In this document: piece after piece, positions 55,068-64,000 of the stretch
Numbering within the stretch: the first letter of the stretch is position 1
Layout: each line of letters opens with the position of its first letter
Source of the DNA: Spirochaetia bacterium
GTDB taxonomy: Bacteria; Spirochaetota; Spirochaetia; SZUA-6; Bin103
Direction: 5' to 3'
Length of the DNA: 64,000 nt
Assembly: GCA_965208575.1 (NCBI GenBank)
Contig: CBDBOV010000003.1
Coordinates: 704,001 to 768,000 of the forward strand
Notes under the pieces: generated by a model
What the model saw: the letters and a program-made list of their open reading frames with translations, nothing else
Database searches by the model: none
Told to the model about the DNA's origin: nothing
Position numbers and translations under genes: made by a program

Positions 55068-56429
55068 TTACTTCCCGTTCCGCCCGACGATTTGCATGGG
55101 CATGCCGTTGTGCGGCCTCAGCCCCACCCACGGCGCCGGCCGCGGCGGCTCGCCGGCGGTCAACTCGAGCCGATAGTCTTGCGAGATGCGGGCGATGGCC
55201 AGGATAGACTCGGTGGTGGCGAAGCCCTGCCCGATACAGGTGCGCGGACCGGCGCTGAACGGCAGGTAGCTGTACCGCCGCGGGTCCGGGCCGTCGAGCC
55301 AACGCTGCGGCCGGAACCGCTCCGCCTCGGCAAAGAACCTTTCGTCGCGGTGTGTCACCCACGGACAGATCAGGATCACCGTGCCGGGCGCCACGGGGTA
55401 GCCATTGAGGGTGAACTCCTCGTATGCCATGCGCGGGATTATCGGCACCGGCGGATACAGGCGCAGCGCCTCCTTGAACACCGCGTCGCACCAGGTCAGC
55501 TCCGGCACGTCGTCCTTCGCCGGTGCGCGCCCGTTCAGGGTCGCGTCGACTTCACCGGTCAGCCGGTCCGCGATCGATGGGTGCTGGGCGAGCAGGTACC
55601 AGGTCCAGGTCAGCGCGACCGCCGTGGTCTCGTGGCCAGCGATCAGCAGCGCCATCATCTGGTAGTGCCACTCCGGATCGCTCAGCAGGCCGGGCTCGGC
55701 CGCGCCCGCACGGCGCAGCAGGTCGATCAGGTCGCCGGCGCCGTGATGCACCTCCGGATGGTCGCGGATCACCCGCTCGATCAGTGCCCGCCCCTCCTGA
55801 ACCGCCCTGCGCAGCTTGACGTTTTCCTTCGTCGGCACGATCGGCGGCGCCTGGAACGGATGGGTCGCGCGGTGGGTGATGTCGCGGACGATCGTCTCGC
55901 AGGTGTCCAGGATCGCGTCCCGCCGGTCGGGGTAGTCGGCGCCGTACAGCGAATTGAGCACGATGTCGAGCGACAGGCGGGCCATTTCGCGATGCACTTC
56001 GACCACTTCGCCCTGTTTCCAGGTCGATATGTGGCGCTCGGCCATGCGCACCATGGTGGGGCCGTAGCGCGCGAGGGCGCTGCCCTTGAGCAGCGGGTTG
56101 AACCGGTGCCGCTCGCGGACCCAGAAGTCCTCGTCGCCGGGAAAGTTGATCACCCGGTACACGTCCTCGCCGCCGGCCAGCAAGTGGTCGAGCCGGGTAG
56201 GGGGCTTCGACTTGCTGCGCGTGAACCGGCGCGCGTTGGTGGCGAGCACGCTCTCCAGCAGCGCCGGGTGGTTGATGAACAGCAGCTCCTGGCGGCCCGC
56301 GGTGAGCCGCACGATGTCGCCGTGCTCGCGGGCGGCCCGGGTCAGGAACCCGAGCGGATCGCGGCGAAAGTGCAGTGCATTGCCGACCAGCGGGACGCCG
56401 CGTGGTCCCGGTGGATCATGGTTGCTCAG
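55068..56429 (-). CDS. Cytochrome P450 (probable CTG start at 56429)
   Basis: PPGPRGVPLVGN, LIAGHETTA, KEALRLYPP, FRPQRW, YLPFSAGPRTCIG. Confidence 0.92.
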   Translation of the reverse strand: MSNHDPPGPRGVPLVGNALHFRRDPLGFLTRAAREHGDIVRLTAGRQELLFINHPALLESVLATNARRFTRSKSKPPTRLDHLLAGGEDVYRVINFPGDEDFWVRERHRFNPLLKGSALARYGPTMVRMAERHISTWKQGEVVEVHREMARLSLDIVLNSLYGADYPDRRDAILDTCETIVRDITHRATHPFQAPPIVPTKENVKLRRAVQEGRALIERVIRDHPEVHHGAGDLIDLLRRAGAAEPGLLSDPEWHYQMMALLIAGHETTAVALTWTWYLLAQHPSIADRLTGEVDATLNGRAPAKDDVPELTWCDAVFKEALRLYPPVPIIPRMAYEEFTLNGYPVAPGTVILICPWVTHRDERFFAEAERFRPQRWLDGPDPRRYSYLPFSAGPRTCIGQGFATTESILAIARISQDYRLELTAGEPPRPAPWVGLRPHNGMPMQIVGRNGK

Positions 56430-56606
56430 GGGAGCGCCTCCACGAGAGTTGGTGTGCTCAATGCTGGCCGCGCACGCGCCTGCCGGTCAACCGCCGTCTC
56501 GAACGAATCGGTTCCGGCTGGATCACAAGTGCAGCGAAGCCGCTGGGCGGAGGCGCTTCCTCCGGGATGGGGCGGCGGCGGGTCGTCGTTGTGCTACGCT
56601 CGGCGC

Positions 56607-56912
56607 ATGGCAGGTGGGGTCCGCATGGAGCGCGAGCGGGAGCAACTTGTCGGCGACGGGTTCTGCATCGTCCCCGGCGTTCTGGATGCCGGCATGCTGG
56701 ACTCGCTGCGACGGGAGTCGTCGGCGCTGCTCGATCAGCTCAGCGAGGAGGAGAAACGCGTCCAGGGAGGGCAGGCCGGCCACCGGGCATCGACCGGGGG
56801 CGTACCGCCGGCGTCACGCCAGCGTCTGCTGCCGCTGCTGCCGCGCTACTCCGGAACCGCCGAGCCGGCCGCGACCAACCGGCGCCGCGGCGATTACCTC
56901 AAGAAAGTTTGA
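56607..56912 (+). pseudogene. PhyH-family dioxygenase with internal deletion
   Basis: N-terminus REQLVGDGFCIVPGVLD joined to a tail (RLLPLLPRYSGTAEP...GDYLKKV); no HxD/H metal ligands. Confidence 0.65.
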
Positions 56913-56919
56913 GCCGGGG

Positions 56920-58107
56920 TCAGGTGGCGTAGGGGTCGGCGGCGTCGCGCAGGCCGTCGCCGACGAAGTTGAACATCATCACCGCCAGGATCACGGGAAA
57001 CGCGGGGATGATCAGCCACGGCTGCAGTGCCAGCACCGAGATCGACTGCGCGTCCTGCAGCAGCGTCCCCCAGCTCACCGCCGGCGCCCGGATGCCCAGG
57101 CCCAGGAAGCTGAGCGCGGTTTCTCCCGCGATCATGAATGGTATTGCCAGGGTGAGATGGGTGATCAGGTAGCTGGTGAAGCCGGGAACCAGGTGGCGGC
57201 GGATGATGGCGCCGTTCTTGGCGGCCGCCACCTGGGCGGCCATCACGAAGTCTTCCTCGCGCAGGCTGATGAGCTTGCCGCGCACCACCCGCGCCAGGCC
57301 GGGCCAGGCCAGCAGCGCCAGGATGATCGTGATGGCGAAGTAGATCTTCAGGATGCCCCAGTCGTGCGGCAGGGCGGCCGACAGCGCAATCCACAGCGGG
57401 ATGGTAGGGATACTCAGCAGCATGTCGATGACGCGCTGGATCGCGTCGTCCACCACGCCTCCGTAGTAGCCCGACATGCCGCCCAGGATCACCCCGAGGA
57501 TGAACGCCACGAACACGCCGCCGAAGCCGATGAACAGCGAGACGCGGCCGGCGTAGAACGTGCGCGAGAACACGTCGCGCCCGAGCCGGTCGGAGCCGAA
57601 CAGGAACAGCGGCACCGACGGGTCGTCGATCCCGAACAGCTTGACGTTCCAGGGGATGAACCCGAGCAGGGTGAACGGCTCCTCGCTGCGCACGAAGAAG
57701 CGGATGACGAGTTCGCGGTCGCTGTCGGTGTACTGGTAGGTGAAGGTGGCCTTGTCCAGTTCACGCGCCCGGGCGAAAACGAACGGCCGGCTCAACCCGC
57801 GCGTGGGACTGACGAATCGGACGCGGGTAGGCGGCGCCTCGCCGAACTCCTTGAAGCGGTGCAGCGCCGGGTAGGGAGTGAAGAACTCGGCAAAGAGCGA
57901 GATGAAGTAGAGCGCGCCGAGCACCACGATCGCCAACACCGCCAGCTTGTGGCGCCGGAACTTGCGCCACACCAGTTGCCCCTGGGAAGCGACGAAAGCA
58001 CGCTCTTCGGCGGTCGTGGCTCCGTTGTCGGATGCCGTGGTCTCCGCCGCGGCCCGACCCGGCGCCGCCGCGCGGACGGCAGCCGCGTCGGCGCCCCGTC
58101 GAGCCAT
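56920..58107 (-). CDS. ABC permease, DppC/OppC-like (long periplasmic-loop subtype)
   Basis: LVWRKFRRHKLA, FGSDRLGRDVFSR, ETALSFLGLG, VGDGLRDAADPY. Confidence 0.94.
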   Translation of the reverse strand: MARRGADAAAVRAAAPGRAAAETTASDNGATTAEERAFVASQGQLVWRKFRRHKLAVLAIVVLGALYFISLFAEFFTPYPALHRFKEFGEAPPTRVRFVSPTRGLSRPFVFARARELDKATFTYQYTDSDRELVIRFFVRSEEPFTLLGFIPWNVKLFGIDDPSVPLFLFGSDRLGRDVFSRTFYAGRVSLFIGFGGVFVAFILGVILGGMSGYYGGVVDDAIQRVIDMLLSIPTIPLWIALSAALPHDWGILKIYFAITIILALLAWPGLARVVRGKLISLREEDFVMAAQVAAAKNGAIIRRHLVPGFTSYLITHLTLAIPFMIAGETALSFLGLGIRAPAVSWGTLLQDAQSISVLALQPWLIIPAFPVILAVMMFNFVGDGLRDAADPYAT

Positions 58108-59105
58108 CAGCCGGCGCTCCGGCCGAAGCGGATGCGGGGATCGATCACCGCCAGCAGGATGTCGGACACCAGGGTGCCGACAATGACCAGCGCGCTCAGG
58201 ATCATCACGATGCTGCCGACGAGGTACATGTCCTCCGACAGCGCGCCCTCCAGCAGCACCGGCCCCAGCGTCTCCAGACCCAGTACCCGCGACACGATCA
58301 CCTCGCCGCTGACCAGGGCCGGCAGCGTCCAGCCGATGGTGCTGATCAGCGGGTTGAAGGCGATGCGCACCGGGTACTTGAAGATGACGCGCGTCTCGCG
58401 CAATCCCTTGGCGCGCGCCGTGGTCACGTACAGCTTCTTCAGTTCGTCGAGCAGGGTGCCGCGCAGGATCCGTACCAGCGGCGCGGTGCCGCCCACGGCG
58501 AGCACCACGACGCCCAGCCAGGCGTTCTTGGCGACGTCGACTACCTTGGCCAACGACCAGGGCGCGTTGCGGTACTCCAGCGAGTACAGGCTGGTGATGG
58601 CATGGCCGGTATTGACGAAGACTATGTAGGCCATCCCCAGCGCCAACAGGAAGTTGGGCACCGCCAGGCCGACGAAGCTCATGGTGGTCGCCGCGTAGTC
58701 GGTCAGCGAGTACTGCCGTACCGCGGAGTAGATGCCGAGCGGGACGGCGATGATCCAGGTCACCGCGAATGCCGCGAAGGTGAAGGCGAGCGACAGCGGC
58801 AGGCGCTCCAGAATCAGGTCGGTGACCGGCATGTTGTAGATGAAGGAGCGCCCCATCTCGCCCTTGGTCAGGAAGTTGCGCATCCACCGCCAGTACTGGG
58901 TCGCCGGATCCTTGTCGAGTCCGTATTGGCGGTAGAGCTGTTCGATCACACTCTCGTTGGCCAGGAAGCCCTGCTCCTCGAGGCGCTGGATGTAGGTCTC
59001 GACGTAGCTGCCCGGCGGCAGCAGGATGATGCCGAACGAGGCAATGGAGATCATCACCAGTAGCGGGATCGCGATGAAGAATCGTCGGCGGATGAAAGCA
59101 AGCAT
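58107..59105 (-). CDS. ABC permease, DppB/OppB-like
   Basis: LLDELKKLYVTTARAKGL, IDPRIRF. Confidence 0.94.
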   Translation of the reverse strand: MLAFIRRRFFIAIPLLVMISIASFGIILLPPGSYVETYIQRLEEQGFLANESVIEQLYRQYGLDKDPATQYWRWMRNFLTKGEMGRSFIYNMPVTDLILERLPLSLAFTFAAFAVTWIIAVPLGIYSAVRQYSLTDYAATTMSFVGLAVPNFLLALGMAYIVFVNTGHAITSLYSLEYRNAPWSLAKVVDVAKNAWLGVVVLAVGGTAPLVRILRGTLLDELKKLYVTTARAKGLRETRVIFKYPVRIAFNPLISTIGWTLPALVSGEVIVSRVLGLETLGPVLLEGALSEDMYLVGSIVMILSALVIVGTLVSDILLAVIDPRIRFGRSAG

Positions 59106-59205
59106 GCGCGGTTACTCAGGGGGAGCGGCGAGAGATGCTCCCCGCCCCGCGGACGCTGATCCTATCCGGTGGCCGGTGGCCTGTCCAGAACAGGAGACGT
59201 GCGGG

Positions 59206-59244
59206 GAGAGAAAAACGGGCGGGGAAACGACTCCCCGCCCGTTC
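59206..59244 (-). terminator. Intrinsic terminator-like hairpin between SBP5 and permease
   Basis: Minus strand reads AACGGGCGGGGAG-tcgt-TTCCCCGCCCGTT, then TTTCTCT. Confidence 0.75.
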
Positions 59245-59271
59245 GTTCGGTAGCGTCCGGCTGGCGGACGG

Positions 59272-61200
59272 CTACATGTTGCGGTAGAAGAGCTGCTCCA
59301 TGCCGTAGTCGAGCGCGCGGTCGAAGGGGTAGCCTTCCTTGATCACGTTGCCGAGGTTGACGTTGTACACCGTCGGCACCGTCATGCTGCCGGTGGGCCA
59401 GATCGACACGTAGTTGCGGCTGAACCAGTCCATCAGGTCGGCGAACGCCGCCTCACCCTGCGGTGACTGCGGCGGATACACCTTCCAGGCTTCCCACAGC
59501 GCGATGTACTCCTCCATGTAGGGCGGCGGCTTGCGGCCGGTCTCGCCGTCGCTCTGGTAGTAGGCCCAGGACTGTGCCGCCCAGTCGCCCTTGGCGTACG
59601 GGCCGAAGTCCTCGGAGATGCCCGGCGCCCAGATCGGGCGGTCGGACCAGTGCACCGTGGCCATGTGCTCGTTGGCGGCCTGGCGCTGGCCCCAGATCTG
59701 GCTGCCCAGAACGGAGAACGAGGTGCGCACGCCGACTTCTTCGAAGTACTGCTTGAACAGCTCGCCGACCAGCAGGAAGTCCGGGGACACGTTGGCGGTG
59801 ATGATGTCGAGCGTGAACTCGGTGCCGTCGGGACCGAGCCGGAACCCGTCGGCATCGCGCTCGTCCATGCCCGCCGCGTCGAGCAGCTCGTTGGACTGCG
59901 CGGGGTCGTACTCGCGGTCGGTGATGGTGTCCAGCTTGTACTGGCCGAAGTAGACGTTCTCGTTGACGTCGTCCTTGTCGACCGCCAGCGCCAGCGCCTT
60001 GCCGAACCGCTTGTCGTTCATCAGCATCTGCCAGGTACTGTCCGGGTTGTCGTACTCGAAGTCCTGGTTCAGGAACAGCACCGGCGGGTTGTTGATCGAG
60101 CCGTGCAGCACCGTGGCGATGCCCTTGTCGGCATTCTGCAGGTAGATCGGCAGCTCCTTGAGTTGCGCGTAGCTGGTCACCACGTCGTACTCGCCGGCGG
60201 CGGTGTTCAGCTTGATCGCCTCCAGGTCGTTGGAGTTCTCGGCGACGATGTAGTCCACGTAGGGAAGCTGGCTGCCAGCCACGTCAATCTTCCAGTAGTA
60301 GGGGTTGCGCTCCAGCGTGTAGCCGGTGCTGGTGGCCTCGATGCCGACCCACGGGGCCAGCGACGGCACGTCCAGGCCGTGCGCGCGGTGCAGCTCCCAG
60401 TGCTGCATGTCCTTCTGCTGCACCAACTGCTCCCAGGTCTCGATCTCCAACTCGTCCAGGATCGGCTGGATCTCGTCCATCGGCGTGTAGTCGGCGTGGA
60501 ACTTCTTGATGAAGTGCGCCGGCCGGAACAGCAGCGTGTAGTCGGGAATCCACGAGGCCAGGTTGGCCAGGAAGAAGCCGTACGACACGTTGAACTCCAC
60601 GCAGAACGACAGGTCGTCGATGATGGTGACCACCGGCGGCGTACCGTCCGGAGACACGGCGCGGAAGTAGTAGGTGGGGTAGATGCGCTCGTCGCCGTAC
60701 AACTCGAAGGTCATGCGCACGTCCTCGGTGGTGAGCAGGTGGCCGTCCGACCAGCGCAGCCCCTCGCGGATCGTGAAGCAGAACTCCTTGAAGTCGTCGC
60801 TGATGCTGTACTCGCTGACGATCGCCGGCAGCGGATCCTTGGTGCTCTGGTCGGGAGCGCGCAGGAGCGACATGCCAAGCGCCAGGTAGATCTCGTGGAC
60901 GCCGCTGTTGTTCAGGTTGGGCACCCGGATGGTGCCGCCGTGCTTGCCCGGCTCCCAGTCCAGCCACTGCTCGGAGTTCAGCACTCCGGGGCCGACCACG
61001 AACGGCTCTACGGGAACGCGGTCCTCGATCGGCGGCAGTTCGCCGGCGGCCACGCGCGCGGCGAGCAGCGGCGACTCCTTGAAGGTCGCGGGAGCGGCGT
61101 ACTTCTGCCGTCCCGTCGGGTCCAGGGCCCACTGGCTCCATGCGGTGGTGCCGACCACCAGCAGCGTCAGCGCTGCCAGCAAACGCACATACTTCGTCAC
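59272..61200 (-). CDS. ABC transporter substrate-binding protein, family 5 (SBP5; same subtype as SBP1)
   Basis: ESPLLAARVAAGELPPIEDRVP, WSDGHLLTTED, LERNPYYWKID; GTG after AAGGAGG. Confidence 0.93.
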   Translation of the reverse strand: MTKYVRLLAALTLLVVGTTAWSQWALDPTGRQKYAAPATFKESPLLAARVAAGELPPIEDRVPVEPFVVGPGVLNSEQWLDWEPGKHGGTIRVPNLNNSGVHEIYLALGMSLLRAPDQSTKDPLPAIVSEYSISDDFKEFCFTIREGLRWSDGHLLTTEDVRMTFELYGDERIYPTYYFRAVSPDGTPPVVTIIDDLSFCVEFNVSYGFFLANLASWIPDYTLLFRPAHFIKKFHADYTPMDEIQPILDELEIETWEQLVQQKDMQHWELHRAHGLDVPSLAPWVGIEATSTGYTLERNPYYWKIDVAGSQLPYVDYIVAENSNDLEAIKLNTAAGEYDVVTSYAQLKELPIYLQNADKGIATVLHGSINNPPVLFLNQDFEYDNPDSTWQMLMNDKRFGKALALAVDKDDVNENVYFGQYKLDTITDREYDPAQSNELLDAAGMDERDADGFRLGPDGTEFTLDIITANVSPDFLLVGELFKQYFEEVGVRTSFSVLGSQIWGQRQAANEHMATVHWSDRPIWAPGISEDFGPYAKGDWAAQSWAYYQSDGETGRKPPPYMEEYIALWEAWKVYPPQSPQGEAAFADLMDWFSRNYVSIWPTGSMTVPTVYNVNLGNVIKEGYPFDRALDYGMEQLFYRNM

Positions 61201-61235
61201 GTCAGTTATCCTCCTTGATCGATACACTGTTCGTG

Positions 61236-61259
61236 AATTTGCCCACTCGGGGCACAATT
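61236..61259. promoter_or_regulatory. Imperfect palindrome (candidate operator) in the AT-rich SBP5 upstream region
   Basis: AATTTGCCC-actcg-GGGCACAATT. Confidence 0.35.
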
Positions 61260-61333
61260 GTCGGCGAATATATGAATATCCGTCCTCCGTGTCCACACGC
61301 CGGGCGCGTCCACCGGAACAAGTGCGGGGCGCG

Positions 61334-62197
61334 TCAGTCGAGAGGCAGCATGCGCACGGAGACTTCGAGCAGGCTCGCGCCGCCGCCGACGCGCACGCCG
61401 CGGGTGGGCGCCACGTCGTGGTAGTCGCGCCCCACCGCCACGCGCACGTGGCGCTCGTCCGGGGCCGTGCGGTTGGTCGGGTCGAATCCCACCCACGACA
61501 AGCCGGGCAGCAGGCATTCCACCCAGGCGTGCGACTGGGCGCCCATCTCCTCCTGCCCCGGCTTGCTCGCGAACAGGTAACCCGACACGTAGCGCGCGGG
61601 TATCCGCCACGAGCGCGCGACCGCGATCATCACGTGCGCGTAGTCCTGGCACACGCCGCGGCCCGAGTCCAGGATGTGGTCGATCGGCGACACCGCGGTC
61701 GTGCTGCCGGGCACGTAGGCGAAGGTTTGGTGCAGCGTGTCCGAGAGCCGGATGAGCGACTGCAGCGGGTCGTCGCCGGGGCGCAGGTCCACCTTGCGCA
61801 GGAACGCGGCGAGCGTCGGCGAGGGCCGCGCGTACATGCTCGGACGCGAGAACTCCCAGTGCGCGAACGATCGAGCGAGCGCGCCGGTCTGCTGCCACGC
61901 GTCGCCGTCCAGGGCTCCGGGAGTGCCGGCAGGCGCGCGCGCCTCGACGCGCGAGAGCGCCGTAATCTCGATCGCGGCGTGCTCGCGGAGCACGCTGAGG
62001 ACGTGCCTTGCGTTGCCGAAGCTGTCGGTCTCGGCGGTCATCGACGAGGGGGGATCGGTCCACACGTCGAACGAGTGCAGCCTCTGGCCCCGGTCGTCTC
62101 GGGGCCGCATGCACAGGGCCATCACGCAGTGCCGGGCCGGCTCGTCGTAGGTGTAGCGGGTAGTGTGCTCGATCTCGAAGGATGCAGAAGGAGACAT
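61334..62197 (-). CDS. Transglutaminase-like protein (Bact_transglu_N + core)
   Basis: IEHTTRYTY, GVCQDYAH, ARYVSGY, SHAWVE, GFDPTN, GRDYHDVAP. Confidence 0.95.
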   Translation of the reverse strand: MSPSASFEIEHTTRYTYDEPARHCVMALCMRPRDDRGQRLHSFDVWTDPPSSMTAETDSFGNARHVLSVLREHAAIEITALSRVEARAPAGTPGALDGDAWQQTGALARSFAHWEFSRPSMYARPSPTLAAFLRKVDLRPGDDPLQSLIRLSDTLHQTFAYVPGSTTAVSPIDHILDSGRGVCQDYAHVMIAVARSWRIPARYVSGYLFASKPGQEEMGAQSHAWVECLLPGLSWVGFDPTNRTAPDERHVRVAVGRDYHDVAPTRGVRVGGGASLLEVSVRMLPLD

Positions 62198-62201
62198 GGC
62201 G

Positions 62202-63167
62202 TCAGGAACCGGGCGCGTCCTCTACCGCGTAGTCGAACCAAGCCGCCGTCACCAGTTCGTGCAGCTCCCGGCAATAGGCGTCCATGCGGCGCAGGAAGCC
62301 GTCGTGGTCGTCGGTGTCCGGCCACTCGTAGAGCACCATGGCGTGCAGTCTGCCGGCGAGGCGCTCGGCGCGGCCGCTCGCCCGCGCGCCGGCGCCCGGC
62401 CCGACTGACACCAGGTAGTCGGACGCCTGGCCGAACACGCGCGCGAGCGAGTTCGGCAGCAACGGGTCGGTAACCAGCATGGTCATCGCGTCGGCGCGTT
62501 CCACGTTCATCCCGTACACGCGGTGGTAGGCCTCCTGCGCGTCGTAGATGCGCAGCACCGTGGTCCACTCCGCCGCCATGTCCTCCGCCTGCTCGCCGTC
62601 CGCCGCGAGTTGGAACCGCAGCAACGACGTGATCGACTGTGAACGTTCGATGACCCGCCCGAGCTGCAGGAACGCCCAGCCGTCGCCGCGGTACATCGTG
62701 GACGCCGCCACGCCCGCGAAGGTGTCGATCTCGGCGGCGGTCTGCGCGTAGAAATCTTCCGGTGACCGGCGCCAGATGTCGCCGATGCCGAGCTTCTGAA
62801 TGCGCAGGTAGGCCAGGTTGAGGCGGGTCCACATCTCGGCACTGATGCAGTGACGCATCTGCCGCGCGTTCTCGCGCCCCATGGCGAAACAGCTCCACAG
62901 CGCACCGGGATTGGTCGGCTCGAAGGTGAGGTCGTCGGCGAGCGTGTAGGAGTCGGCGAGGATGAAATCGTCGCCCGTGGCTTCTATCTCGCCCAGCGGG
63001 GGCACGCGGTTCATGGTGCGATAGATGCGCCGCCAGCCGACACCGATTTCGCGTTCGGAGCGGTCGACCAGCGCCTGCGTCTGCAGCCGCAGCAGGCGGC
63101 ACAGGTGTGCCGCGCGCGCCAAGTGGCGCCCCATCCAGTAGAGACCCTCCGCGCTGCGCGCAAGCAT
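62202..63167 (-). CDS. Alpha-E domain protein
   Basis: MLARSAEGLYWMGRHLARA, RENARQMR..IS.EMW, LGRVIER. Confidence 0.92.
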   Translation of the reverse strand: MLARSAEGLYWMGRHLARAAHLCRLLRLQTQALVDRSEREIGVGWRRIYRTMNRVPPLGEIEATGDDFILADSYTLADDLTFEPTNPGALWSCFAMGRENARQMRHCISAEMWTRLNLAYLRIQKLGIGDIWRRSPEDFYAQTAAEIDTFAGVAASTMYRGDGWAFLQLGRVIERSQSITSLLRFQLAADGEQAEDMAAEWTTVLRIYDAQEAYHRVYGMNVERADAMTMLVTDPLLPNSLARVFGQASDYLVSVGPGAGARASGRAERLAGRLHAMVLYEWPDTDDHDGFLRRMDAYCRELHELVTAAWFDYAVEDAPGS

Positions 63168-63228
63168 CGGCGACTAGCTGTCCGTGGACGGTCCGGCCCG
63201 TTCGCCGCCGTCCCGTTCCATCATCGCG

Positions 63229-63379
63229 TCAGTCATCGAGGACCCAGAAGTCCTTGCCGCCGGCGCCCTGGCTCGAATTGACCACCGGCTGCCCGGTTCG
63301 CAAACACAGACGCTCAATCATCGAGCACCCAGAAGTCCTTGCCGCCGCCGCCCTGGCTCGAATTGACCACCAGGCTGCC
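63229..63379 (-). repeat. Diverged tandem duplication (85-bp period) of the cpATP-grasp 3' end
   Basis: Copies start at 63229 and 63314; both encode VVNSSQG(G/A)[10 protein letters not shown]. Confidence 0.88.
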
Positions 63380-64000
63380 GCGCCGCATGGCGACGCGGCA
63401 GAAGGCGCCCGGCACGATGCGCGTACGCGTGCCGTGCAACACGAACGGGCGCAGGTCGACGTGGCGCGGCTCGAAGCGGCCGTCGATCAGGCAGGGCGTG
63501 CGGGACAGCGCGAGCACCGGCTGCGAGATGAAGTCCGCCGGGTTCGCGCGCACCTGCCTGGCGTACGCTTCCCGTTCCTCCGCGGTGGCGTGCGGCCCGA
63601 TCAGCATGCCGTACCCGCCCGACTCGCCGACGCGCTTGACCACCAGGTTGTGCAGGTTGTCGAGGGTGTACTCCAGGTCTTCCGGACGCCGGCACAGCCG
63701 GGTGTCGACGTTCGCGAGCAACGGCTCCTCCGCCAGGTAGTAGCGCACCATGTCGGGGACGTAGGCGTAGACGCTCTTGTCGTCGGCGACGCCGGTGCCG
63801 GGCGCGTTCGCCAGCGCGACGTTGCCGAGCCGGTACGCATGCATCAGCCCGGGCACGCCCAGCACCGAGTCGGGGCGGAACACCAGCGGGTCGAGGAAGT
63901 CGTCGTCCACGCGCCGGTAGAGTACGTCGACGCGCCGCAGGCCCTTGGTGGTGCGCATGAACAGGCAGCCGTCGTTGACCAGCAGGTCCCGCCCCTCCAC
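63314..64000 (-). CDS. Circularly permuted type 2 ATP-grasp protein (5' end outside the window)
   Basis: [54 protein letters not shown]. Confidence 0.95.
   Translation of the reverse strand: MEGRDLLVNDGCLFMRTTKGLRRVDVLYRRVDDDFLDPLVFRPDSVLGVPGLMHAYRLGNVALANAPGTGVADDKSVYAYVPDMVRYYLAEEPLLANVDTRLCRRPEDLEYTLDNLHNLVVKRVGESGGYGMLIGPHATAEEREAYARQVRANPADFISQPVLALSRTPCLIDGRFEPRHVDLRPFVLHGTRTRIVPGAFCRVAMRRGSLVVNSSQGGGGKDFWVLDD

Noticed and set aside
61334-64000. cpATP-grasp / alpha-E / transglutaminase as a novel system
   Set aside because: A well-described conserved operon (predicted peptide ligase or tagging system); only the 3' duplication is unusual.

Overview
GC-rich bacterial window (about 68-70% in lines counted by hand) with no rRNA, tRNA or CRISPR that I can see. 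The acidic 'TGLWAGGEEE'-type substrate-binding protein (SBP) N-termini, Uma2, DUF222-HNH and many toxin-antitoxin (TA) modules suggest an uncultured Spirochaetota-like, possibly host-associated, genome; this is inference, as no marker gene is present. Intact content: GH116 (partial), SNF2 + SWIM, five family-5 ABC SBPs with four DppB/DppC pairs but no ATPase, catabolic enzymes (URO-D, 3-hydroxyacyl-CoA dehydrogenase, PhyH, LLM, SDR, RraA, P450, sterol desaturase, CE7), DRB0094-type RNA ligase, AAA + DUF4276, CHAD + ParA, Tm-1/TIM barrel, and the cpATP-grasp/alpha-E/transglutaminase operon. Signals the ORF track misses: (1) a ~145-nt conserved, hairpin-rich leader shared by two divergent SBP genes (9534-9676 and 33299-33446), a candidate new cis-regulatory RNA or expression module; (2) a 4.3-kb island capped by outward-facing phd-vapC pairs, bounded by a 9-bp direct repeat and lying between two colinear pieces of one gene family; (3) two diverged 83-85 bp gene-end duplications with mostly synonymous differences; (4) toxins or enzymes gutted by deletion while their neighbours stay intact; (5) pervasive leaderless -10/N5-7/start architecture; (6) a tandem array of 26-bp GCGAAGC hairpins; (7) two probable CTG start codons. 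All family calls come from motif recognition by eye, not from database searches.
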